From the IMG/VR virus record IMGVR_UViG_3300027255_000165: 64,000 nucleotides of DNA, one strand, 5' to 3'. Positions within the stretch are counted from its first letter, which is position 1. Each line of letters begins with the position of its first letter. Source of the stretch: a virus (Duplodnaviria; Caudoviricetes). Below, in pieces: positions 30,325 to 37,251 of the stretch. The notes beneath the pieces were generated by a model. The model ran no database searches, was not told the DNA's origin, and saw nothing but the letters and a program-made list of their open reading frames with translations. The position numbers were made by a program, and so were the translations under genes.

Positions 30325-31026
30325 TCATGAGGTGAAATCCTTCATTAAGGAAGAATATAATATACTCTTGGCTATCGGGAAGATTGCGTCTTCAAACGAA
30401 CAATTGATATTATAGTCCATTCTTGCAAATGGAATCCGAGTGTCCATTTGCGTATGGATCTCTACCATTTTACCCATTGCTTCTGGTGTGAATGGAACTT
30501 CTTCAATCTTTTCAAGTTTGAAAGTTCTCCAATCTCCTCCTAACTTTGATGGTTTTTCAAATTTACACAGGTGAATCTTTTGTCTATTGTCAACCATCGC
30601 TGCAAATCCTGACTTTAAAATTGGAGTTTTAGAAGGAATCCACGTTATTCTAATATGCGGTTCAATGTCTCTCCAAGCCAATCTTGCTTCCATGTAAACG
30701 TCTTCAAATTTAACTATCGCTTCGTTTGCAATACGGTGAAGAACGTCCATCTGATCTCCTATTTGATCATCAGGAATTTCGTAAATAATTCTAAAGTTAA
30801 CGAAGTCAATATCCTTAGCAATCTTTAACTTATCGTCAAGAGTTTCTTTCTCATATTTGAAACGATACAGGTAATCCAAGTGGTACTCAACCTCCTGAAT
30901 AATAGGCCAGATTATACCAAGTTTAATCATACCTTCAAGGCGCTTAATTTTCGCCATTAAAGTGTATTTCTTGAACTCGTAATCTATAGGCCCTTGGCTA
31001 AACCAATCCTGATCAAACTCCATCAT
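30325..31026 (-). CDS. hypothetical protein
   Basis: 233 aa ORF; N-terminus WF..G.ID.E.KKY.L resembles a conserved hypothetical family I recall from Bacteroidota (unverified). Confidence 0.7.
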   Translation of the reverse strand: MMEFDQDWFSQGPIDYEFKKYTLMAKIKRLEGMIKLGIIWPIIQEVEYHLDYLYRFKYEKETLDDKLKIAKDIDFVNFRIIYEIPDDQIGDQMDVLHRIANEAIVKFEDVYMEARLAWRDIEPHIRITWIPSKTPILKSGFAAMVDNRQKIHLCKFEKPSKLGGDWRTFKLEKIEEVPFTPEAMGKMVEIHTQMDTRIPFARMDYNINCSFEDAIFPIAKSILYSSLMKDFTS

Positions 31027-31061
31027 AGAGTATATATCACATGGTACTCCGCCTGTTTATT

Positions 31062-31649
31062 TTAAAGTGCTCCCCAGACCTTTTTTTCTGTGATAACTTC
31101 TTGCCATAGGGGCTGCCACTTCATTTCATCATATCTGAGCACGTGTCGAGGTTGGGGTTCAACGGTCTTTGGGATCATTTCTACTTCCTCCGCGGTCGGG
31201 GGTACGCGATTATTATTAATAGACTGTAAATGATAGTAAATGTGCCGTGTTGTTCCATCAAAGGTTTCCATCACCTCTTCAACATGTTCCTTTTCCATTC
31301 CAAATTCTGAAGCTAAGTCCTGCGCAAGTCGATTCAAAGACTTCTGTTCTTCAATCAAATGTCGTTCCATGATAAATTCCTTGCGTTTGTGGAATTTCTT
31401 ACGCAGGTGAATGATGGCTTCTTCAATCACATCTTGACTCTTTGACTTTAAGGTTTGCTTTAATTTTTCAATCTCTGCAAGATAAACCTTATCCTCTAAG
31501 TACACTTCAAACCCAAGATGATTGAATTCATACTCACCATAATCGATTCTCTGGAGAAGCTCGGAGTAACCTTTCCAGGGCAGTTGCTTTAAGTGTCGTG
31601 TTGTGTAAAACCTACGCCACCATGTAAATTGTCTGTGATTCATCGCCAT
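31062..31649 (-). CDS. hypothetical protein
   Basis: 195 aa ORF, operon-packed. Confidence 0.7.
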   Translation of the reverse strand: MAMNHRQFTWWRRFYTTRHLKQLPWKGYSELLQRIDYGEYEFNHLGFEVYLEDKVYLAEIEKLKQTLKSKSQDVIEEAIIHLRKKFHKRKEFIMERHLIEEQKSLNRLAQDLASEFGMEKEHVEEVMETFDGTTRHIYYHLQSINNNRVPPTAEEVEMIPKTVEPQPRHVLRYDEMKWQPLWQEVITEKKVWGAL

Positions 31650-31897
31650 GCATCTTGTTTATCGTAATCTTCCCAATACCGTGTTTGTGTGCGCCAGTGA
31701 ACCCTGTGAGGAGCAAAGTGTTCTTCAACCAATTGACGTTTTGATTCTTTAGCGAAACCACCAACTCGATTGTGGTGAGAAGCTAAGACACTTGCATATT
31801 CAGACATAGTGTAGTCCCATACGTTTGGCACGATGGCATCGTAACGTAGCACCTTTTCTTCGGGTGCTGGATTTTCAAAATAATGATGATCTTCCAT
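31640..31897 (-). CDS. hypothetical protein
   Basis: 85 aa ORF overlapping its neighbours by short stop/start overlaps. Confidence 0.6.
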   Translation of the reverse strand: MEDHHYFENPAPEEKVLRYDAIVPNVWDYTMSEYASVLASHHNRVGGFAKESKRQLVEEHFAPHRVHWRTQTRYWEDYDKQDAWR

Positions 31898-32094
31898 TAC
31901 TTACCGGTTAAACTACTGATGTCAACTTTCTTAAAACTAAATGATGCCCATGGGCGAGTAGATACATCTGACACGATCCAACGCTGTGCAGGGTGCTTAT
32001 CGTTCTGCCGATTGGCAATCATTTGTGCCTTTGAAACTGCATGCTTATCATCGCGTGATTCAATGTCAATTTGAAAGGTTACAGTATATCTCAT
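31897..32094 (-). CDS. hypothetical protein (start reassigned to MRYTVTF)
   Basis: ATGA overlap at 32091-32094 with the upstream gene. Confidence 0.6.
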   Translation of the reverse strand: MRYTVTFQIDIESRDDKHAVSKAQMIANRQNDKHPAQRWIVSDVSTRPWASFSFKKVDISSLTGK

Positions 32095-32324
32095 AGGTTG
32101 TCTCTTACAGCGTTCTTTAGTAACATTTGGGAGGTGGGTGCAATACCGAAGTAAGTCCAATCGCGGCCTTCGCGAGCATTGTACCGTTCGCGACAATAGT
32201 CCATGATAGTTTCATCAAAGTGGAGTTGCTTGCCGGTGATGTCGGTTACTGGGTGCCAGATGGTTTCCCATCCTTCGTTGAAGAAAGTTACCCAGGCCAT
32301 TTCTTGATTTAAGTCTAGTACCAT
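32091..32324 (-). CDS. hypothetical protein (start reassigned to MVLDLNQ)
   Basis: ATG 32324 lies just after the 32332 stop, with an A-rich context. Confidence 0.6.
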   Translation of the reverse strand: MVLDLNQEMAWVTFFNEGWETIWHPVTDITGKQLHFDETIMDYCRERYNAREGRDWTYFGIAPTSQMLLKNAVRDNL

Positions 32325-32331
32325 ATTTTTA

Positions 32332-32658
32332 TTAGAAGTTATAATCATAGTGTTTACGTGGAGCATCAGCGATTTTGCGCCAATCATAACGTCCAAGGGT
32401 CATTCGCATTTCAACAACTTCACCAACTTCTTCAAACTCCCACTCTTGGGCACTGTTGTTGGTACAATGTGCTGAAAAACCACCTGGAATGAATTCCATC
32501 TCAGTCTTATTCTTGGTAGCTTCGATCGGTTGTACATAAAGAATTGTCTTCGATTTGATACCAACGATTTTTCCAACTGGATTAACGTCAGAGTAAAGAT
32601 ACTCGTTGATGTACTTACCAATCATGTCTTCTGTTGCGGTGAAAGTAGTTCTTGCCAT
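32332..32658 (-). CDS. hypothetical protein
   Basis: 108 aa ORF; first gene after the promoter-like element at ~32690. Confidence 0.7.
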   Translation of the reverse strand: MARTTFTATEDMIGKYINEYLYSDVNPVGKIVGIKSKTILYVQPIEATKNKTEMEFIPGGFSAHCTNNSAQEWEFEEVGEVVEMRMTLGRYDWRKIADAPRKHYDYNF

Positions 32659-32700
32659 GTTTTTTGTCTATTAGTTATCTGATTACTTAGTAAATATAAC

Positions 32701-32732
32701 AAAAAAACCCGAGACTAAAAAATCTCGGGTTA
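32701..32732 (-). terminator. hairpin: terminator and/or promoter-associated inverted repeat
   Basis: - strand AACCCGAGA-N8-TCTCGGGTT-TTTTTGTTATATTTAC. Confidence 0.6.
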
Positions 32733-32755
32733 AAAAAATTGAAAAAAGTTTCAAA

Positions 32756-33070
32756 TTAGCTGGCTTTGGCCACTTTGTCAGCTGGTTGAGCGATGAAATC
32801 CTCAACGTTAAGCTCTTGATTGGTTGTAAGACCCCATTGTAGAACAAACCAGCTCATCTCGTTTTCAGCTCCCTTCTTGGTCATGCTAAGCTCTTTACGC
32901 AAGAACTCAACACCCCATTGAATGAATTCTTTTTCGGCTTCAGGCGTAGTCTTGTAACGAAGGTACCACATCGGGTCACTAATTACGTCTTCATACGTTT
33001 TACCGAAAGGAAGAAGCTGACGATCAACAAGCTGTTTGAAGACTCGAGTTTGTTTGTCTCTTCGATTCAT
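32756..33070 (-). CDS. hypothetical protein
   Basis: 104 aa ORF. Confidence 0.7.
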   Translation of the reverse strand: MNRRDKQTRVFKQLVDRQLLPFGKTYEDVISDPMWYLRYKTTPEAEKEFIQWGVEFLRKELSMTKKGAENEMSWFVLQWGLTTNQELNVEDFIAQPADKVAKAS

Positions 33071-33071
33071 G

Positions 33072-33278
33072 TTAGTTTTGAATTAATTCAGTTTGAAAGA
33101 GCACATCTTGATCTTGAAAATAAATGAACGTATCAAGTGCCATTGATACCATTAGGGTTCCAGGCGAGTGCTCTTCAAAATATTCAATTTTAATACCTGA
33201 ACCCATATACGAACTGTCTGCCAATAGACCGTTGAAAACCAACAAGTCTTTTTGTGAAATGTAGATATAGACTTTCAT
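33072..33278 (-). CDS. hypothetical protein
   Basis: 68 aa ORF; TAATG coupling with the upstream small gene. Confidence 0.65.
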   Translation of the reverse strand: MKVYIYISQKDLLVFNGLLADSSYMGSGIKIEYFEEHSPGTLMVSMALDTFIYFQDQDVLFQTELIQN

Positions 33279-33412
33279 TAGTTATATATTTCGTCGTGGC
33301 AGCTTGAACACAATTGTCCAGCACCCTCAACATAATGATAACGAAAATCGATGTGAGTTGACTCCTCGTATTGAGTTTCAACGCTACAGCTTACACATTT
33401 TTCTTTTGCCAT
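33278..33412 (-). CDS. small CxxC..CxxC zinc-binding protein, 44 aa (not in ORF track)
   Basis: MAKEKCVSCSVETQYEESTHIDFRYHYVEGAGQLCSSCHDEIYN*; stop overlaps the next ATG (TAATG). Confidence 0.75.
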   Translation of the reverse strand: MAKEKCVSCSVETQYEESTHIDFRYHYVEGAGQLCSSCHDEIYN

Positions 33413-33433
33413 TTTGAATTGAATTAAGATTCG

Positions 33434-33507
33434 TGACCCGTACGAGATTCGAACTCGTGATCTTCTCCGTGAAAGGGAGATGTCCTAAACCGCTAGACGA
33501 ACGGGCC
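33434..33507 (-). tRNA. trnE: tRNA-Glu(TTC)
   Basis: GGCCCGT/ACGGGTC acceptor, CTTTCAC anticodon loop, GTTCGAATC T-loop; no encoded CCA. Confidence 0.95.
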
Positions 33508-33513
33508 GTTTAG

Positions 33514-33544
33514 TATTTATACAGTCAAATCTAAAATTGTTTCA
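33514..33544 (-). promoter_or_regulatory. putative promoter TGAAAC-N17-TATAAATA
   Basis: Exact spacing repeated at 35208-35238, 35385-35415 and 37142-37171. Confidence 0.65.
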
Positions 33545-33802
33545 CCACTTACCAAGTGGACAAGAAGAATTTACAGATAGAGCTTTAGCTCTTAGGTGAC
33601 AACCACATCCTCGAACAATCTTACCTGTTTCCGCATGAGTTCCTGTTTTGGTTGGATCGCAAATTACACCGTTACGAATCTTGCAATCATGACAAATTGA
33701 AAGACGCTGCTCTGTTCTTTCTTTCAGGGCAGGTGCTAGGTTATCGTAATCTTGGAAGAGCAATCTTCCCCAACCTTCAATGATTTCTTTGATCTTACTC
33801 AT
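33542..33802 (-). CDS. small Cys-rich hypothetical protein
   Basis: CHDC..CDP..GCGC.L.AK...CPLGKW. Confidence 0.7.
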   Translation of the reverse strand: MSKIKEIIEGWGRLLFQDYDNLAPALKERTEQRLSICHDCKIRNGVICDPTKTGTHAETGKIVRGCGCHLRAKALSVNSSCPLGKW

Positions 33803-33816
33803 ATTAAAAAGAAATG

Positions 33817-33842
33817 GACGGTTGAACCGAAGCTCAACCGTC
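33817..33842 (-). terminator. intrinsic terminator with cUUCGg loop
   Basis: - strand GACGGTTGAGC-TTCG-GTTCAACCGTC-CATTTCTTTTT. Confidence 0.8.
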
Positions 33843-33894
33843 TAATTTCGCCACATTAGCTCCACTTTGTTTTGCCTGAGAACAAAGAAACTCA

Positions 33895-33971
33895 TGGTGG
33901 AGGTAGAGGGATTCGAACCCACGACCCTCTGCGTGCAAGGCAGATGCTCTAGCCAACTGAGCTATACCCCC
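33895..33971 (-). tRNA. trnA: tRNA-Ala(TGC)
   Basis: GGGGGTA/TACCTCC acceptor with G3:U70, CTTGCAC loop, encoded CCA. Confidence 0.95.
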
Positions 33972-33975
33972 ATGA

Positions 33976-34275
33976 AAAATAGTAATAATGGGATTCCTGA
34001 CTACCCATACACCTTGGATCTACCCCTTTTCACCCATGGTCCAACAGAGTAGCTAGTTCTGTTGTAATGACCAGCTGGATTGCATACCAGCACCCGTTGC
34101 AAAGATCAGATAGCGTATCTTGGCGGGACCTCATTGACTACCAGGTTGCGCATTCTACCCTGTAGTTTGAGTGGTTTTATCTCATAGATCTGTGTGATCC
34201 AACATTCCTGCTTTTCAGCAGTTCAGCCAGTACCTTAAGGACTCTTAACCCCTTGTTCGGTCACATTACTATTTT
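33976..34275 (-). ncRNA. candidate ~300-nt structured ncRNA of unknown class
   Basis: 11-bp closing inverted repeat (33976-33986/34265-34275), several internal helices including CTGCT-GAAA-AGCAG, no convincing ORF, sits between two tRNAs. Confidence 0.55.
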
Positions 34276-34276
34276 G

Positions 34277-34349
34277 AGCGAAAGACCGGGTTCGAACCGG
34301 CGACCCTGACCTTGGCAAGGTCATGCTCTACCAACTGAGCTACTTTCGC
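34277..34349 (-). tRNA. trnG: tRNA-Gly(GCC)
   Basis: GCGAAAG/CTTTCGC acceptor, CTTGCCAA loop, GGTTCGAACC; no encoded CCA. Confidence 0.95.
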
Positions 34350-34356
34350 AATTTTT

Positions 34357-34552
34357 TGGAGCTTCACCTTTTTAGCGCGCTTGCAGCATCAAGGTCCCAA
34401 CCTAAGCAGTCCGTCGACTGTGCTCTTAGGGTTTTACGTTTATCTCTCCATTTTCTTGGTGGCGAGTAATTTGCGGTTACTCATTTCTACTTCTGAATGT
34501 GCTGATTAGGTTAACATCACAGCATGAATTTCATTTTCGTCTAATTACCACC
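34357..34552 (-). ncRNA. two candidate ~95-nt structured elements (34457-34552; 34357-34449), each closed by a terminal stem ending ..CCA
   Basis: GGTGGT/GCCACC-A with adjacent GAGTAA/TTACTC hairpin; TGGAG/CTCCA with CCTAAG/CTTAGG and CAGTC-GACG-GACTG. Confidence 0.4.
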
Positions 34553-34553
34553 T

Positions 34554-34629
34554 TGGAGCCTCCTGTCGGACTCGAACCAACGACCTACTGATTACAAATC
34601 AGTGGCTCTACCAACTGAGCTAAGGAGGC
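34554..34629 (-). tRNA. trnT: tRNA-Thr(TGT)
   Basis: GCCTCCT/AGGAGGC acceptor, TTTGTAA loop, encoded CCA. Confidence 0.95.
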
Positions 34630-34688
34630 ATTAGGGGACGGTATCGAGTTGAGTGTTAGTCCCGTCCCCTAGGCTAGACTCAGTGGGA

Positions 34689-34853
34689 TTACTCAGCTAC
34701 TACTTCGGTAGCTTCTTCCGCAACTACTTCAGTGGTAGCTTCCTCAGAAACAACTTCCTCAACGGTAGTAGTTTCCTCAGTTACAACCTCTTCAGTGTTG
34801 TTACAAGCTACAGCGGCGAATGCCATTGCAGCTAGAAAAAGAGATTTTTTCAT
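34689..34853 (-). CDS. small acidic lipoprotein, 54 aa (not in ORF track)
   Basis: MKKSLFLAAMAFAAVA-C-NNTEEVVTEETTTVEEVVSEEATTEVVAEEATEVVAE*; signal peptide II with lipobox Cys17. Confidence 0.8.
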   Translation of the reverse strand: MKKSLFLAAMAFAAVACNNTEEVVTEETTTVEEVVSEEATTEVVAEEATEVVAE

Positions 34854-34914
34854 GTTACTCTTGTTTAAAGGTTAATAAAGAGAATCAATTCTCAATAGAA
34901 TTGCAATCTCTTCG

Positions 34915-34999
34915 CGGAGGCGGTAGGATTCGAACCTACGGACCTGTTACAGTCAACAGTTTTCAAGACTGCCGCGATCGACCACTCTGCCACGCCTCC
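34915..34999 (-). tRNA. trnS: tRNA-Ser(TGA)
   Basis: GGAGGCG/CGCCTCC acceptor, CTTGAAA loop, long variable arm. Confidence 0.95.
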
Positions 35000-35053
35000 C
35001 TTTATTAGAACTAATATGTCAAAGAACAGTGTTTTAGTACACGTCTGGGTTTG

Positions 35054-35135
35054 TGCGGATGAAAGGAATCGAACCTTCACTTCGTAAGAAACCAGATCCT
35101 AAGTCTGGCGCGTCTACCAATTTCGCCACATCCGC
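35054..35135 (-). tRNA. trnL: tRNA-Leu(TAG)
   Basis: GCGGATG/CATCCGC acceptor, CTTAGGA loop, variable arm. Confidence 0.95.
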
Positions 35136-35207
35136 ATTAAAAAGGGAGTCTGTTTCCAGGGTCTCCCGTCTTTGTGTAACCAAAAACAAAGAACTATTTT
35201 GTTGTGT

Positions 35208-35238
35208 TATTTATACCTGATGGTATGTTATAGTTTCA
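35208..35238 (-). promoter_or_regulatory. putative promoter TGAAAC-N17-TATAAATA
   Basis: Upstream of tRNA-Leu. Confidence 0.65.
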
Positions 35239-35258
35239 TCGGGTTTAAACTTTTTTTG

Positions 35259-35332
35259 TGAACCCAACAGGAGTCGAACCTGTAACCTACACATTAGAAG
35301 TGTGTTGCTCTATCCAATTGAGCTATGGGTCC
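35259..35332 (-). tRNA. trnR: tRNA-Arg(TCT)
   Basis: GGACCCA/TGGGTTC acceptor, CTTCTAA loop. Confidence 0.95.
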
Positions 35333-35384
35333 AAAGAGTTAATTTTTGTCTTTGATTACAGTATGTTAAAGAACGATATTCAGT

Positions 35385-35415
35385 TATTTATACTCTAACT
35401 TGAGAGTTTGTTTCA
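35385..35415 (-). promoter_or_regulatory. putative promoter TTGAAAC-N17-TATAAATA
   Basis: Upstream of tRNA-Arg. Confidence 0.65.
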
Positions 35416-35416
35416 A

Positions 35417-35659
35417 TCACTTGGCCGAAGCTTCTTTGATTTCGTTAATCTTTTGAAACTCGTACTTACCCTTGATAAATTCATTTAGAGAGCGACCCTG
35501 TGAGGAGGCTGAAGCGAAGAATACGTAGTCTTCGACTGACACGTTTTCATAAACGTAAGTTGCGTGATCAAAGTGAACTGTTAGGACCTTGTGCTCGTAG
35601 TTGTAAGAACTAGATTTAACAGTTGATGAGTTGTATTGATTTGTTTGTGAAGTTATCAT
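35417..35659 (-). CDS. KTSC domain protein
   Basis: SS.+.S..Y......L.V.F....Y.Y.NV....Y..F..A.S.G...N..IK..Y pattern; start reassigned to MITSQ. Confidence 0.85.
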   Translation of the reverse strand: MITSQTNQYNSSTVKSSSYNYEHKVLTVHFDHATYVYENVSVEDYVFFASASSQGRSLNEFIKGKYEFQKINEIKEASAK

Positions 35660-35670
35660 TATAAATGAGT

Positions 35671-37122
35671 TTAGATTTCCCAAATTGTTTTTCTATTATT
35701 GGTATTGTGACATAAAAGAAATTGCCCTCTAAATGTAGAATACTTTTCAGTTGTTTTTAAACGATTGATAAAGTCTAGGTCTTCTCCCATCGTCAATGAA
35801 TTCCTCCAACGATGAGGAACTTCTTTATGATGAACGATTTGCCAAGTTCCATTTTGGCCCATTGCTTTAGTAGATGCAATCTTTTGATTAATTACAATTA
35901 ATTGACATGCGTTTCTTAATTCTTCATATCCTTTAACATTATTATCCATTCCAAAATATTGAAGCATTAGCTTATTTGGATTTTCAATTAAAGGAAGCAT
36001 GTAATACATGTCAAATAAAACAGTAGTTCCATTTGGCGCTGTCGTAATTGCATTACTAATTAAAGATAAATGATTTTCTAAAATGATGTCGTCTGTGTCT
36101 AGGTAACATATCCAATTATATCTCGCTACTGACCTTCCTACTTCTCTTAGTGTTCCAGGCCAAGTTGAATCTGATTTTTCACATTTAATCAACCTAATTA
36201 AAGGATCTTGTTTCCATCTTTCTTCGTAGATCTGATTAGTTCTTTCACAGCCATCACTGATGATGATTAATTCCTTTTGTTTGTAAATCTGTGCTTTAAA
36301 TGATTCAACAGCTCTGATAAACTTTTCAACGGGATTTGATCTACTGCCAGCGTATTCACCAAGAAAAGATGGCATTACAACTGAAATGCCTACCTTTTGT
36401 TCTTTAAGAACAGGATTATCAGCCCTTCTATCCCATCCGGAATGTGTAACATATCCATCTTCATCATTTTCAGAAAGGCTCCAAACTGAAAATCCTCTAT
36501 CTCTATAATATGCGTCGACTAGGTGTTCTCTGTTAAGGCCTGAGTAACCTTCACTTAAAAGTTTCCAATCACTTAATCTTTTCAATCCAGGATTCCAACT
36601 AAAACCCATATAATTTTTAATTATCATATCGGTTCCATCGTCATTAGCTCCTTTGACAGTAAAACTGACGGGCTTTACTATTCTTATAGATACCCCTTCT
36701 TCTACCGAGTGAATTTGCGAATCAATACTATTAAGAATCTTGTCTGACTTTGGTCTAATCCAAACTTGTAAAATCTTTGGATATTTTTCTAAAACTTTTA
36801 TTGATTTTTCAATAAAACCCGATCGATTAAAATCCCAATCTTCTTCACAATGGAATACGTATTCTGTTTCCACCATTGAATACGCTTTATCTATGGATCC
36901 TGTCTGTCCTAACTTCTCGTAATTGAAAATGAATTCGAGCTTATTATCGTATTTTTGATTTAAGACTTTGCATTGTTCGAAAACTTTTAAATCAGCAGAA
37001 TCTTCAGTAATCAAATATCTGTCGATTGGATATGTATTAAACTTAAAGAAAGACTCTAGGGTCTTTTCTAAAAGATCAACTCTTCCACATGATGTTAAAA
37101 CAAATGTTACTCCCTTGTTCAT
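35671..37122 (-). CDS. two-domain glycosyltransferase (GT-A + GT2)
   Basis: N-terminal LTSCGR.DLLEKTL.SF..FHCEEDW..NPGL; C-terminal ISVVMPSFL..ELIIISDGC..YLDTDD. Confidence 0.85.
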   Translation of the reverse strand: MNKGVTFVLTSCGRVDLLEKTLESFFKFNTYPIDRYLITEDSADLKVFEQCKVLNQKYDNKLEFIFNYEKLGQTGSIDKAYSMVETEYVFHCEEDWDFNRSGFIEKSIKVLEKYPKILQVWIRPKSDKILNSIDSQIHSVEEGVSIRIVKPVSFTVKGANDDGTDMIIKNYMGFSWNPGLKRLSDWKLLSEGYSGLNREHLVDAYYRDRGFSVWSLSENDEDGYVTHSGWDRRADNPVLKEQKVGISVVMPSFLGEYAGSRSNPVEKFIRAVESFKAQIYKQKELIIISDGCERTNQIYEERWKQDPLIRLIKCEKSDSTWPGTLREVGRSVARYNWICYLDTDDIILENHLSLISNAITTAPNGTTVLFDMYYMLPLIENPNKLMLQYFGMDNNVKGYEELRNACQLIVINQKIASTKAMGQNGTWQIVHHKEVPHRWRNSLTMGEDLDFINRLKTTEKYSTFRGQFLLCHNTNNRKTIWEI

Positions 37123-37141
37123 TATCTTATCGACTAATGTA

Positions 37142-37171
37142 ATTTATATAACATCTAAGGAGTTTGTTTCA
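37142..37171 (-). promoter_or_regulatory. putative promoter TGAAAC-N17-TATAAAT
   Basis: Upstream of the 37122 start. Confidence 0.6.
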
Positions 37172-37251
37172 CTAAGAAATAAAGTTGTCTACCTATGAAA
37201 CCAATTACATTAGAAGGCATAGAAGGATTGGTTCTAATCCTGGGTTGAAGG

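Noticed and set aside
33190-33381. Track ORF of 63 aa
   Set aside because: Wrong frame; the CxxC protein at 33278-33412 is the credible gene, and the track ORF overlaps the next gene by ~90 nt.
33976-34275. Identity of the 300-nt RNA as RNase P RNA, tmRNA or a cobalamin riboswitch
   Set aside because: AACAGAA is present but sequestered in a local hairpin with no GAGGAAAGUCC P4 partner. There are no tmRNA-type ends (tRNA-Ala is complete on its own) and no B12-box. Left as unknown class.
33867-35080. Track ORFs 33867-34052, 34653-34835, 34820-35008 and 34892-35080
   Set aside because: They overlap tRNA genes or are antisense to the lipoprotein gene.
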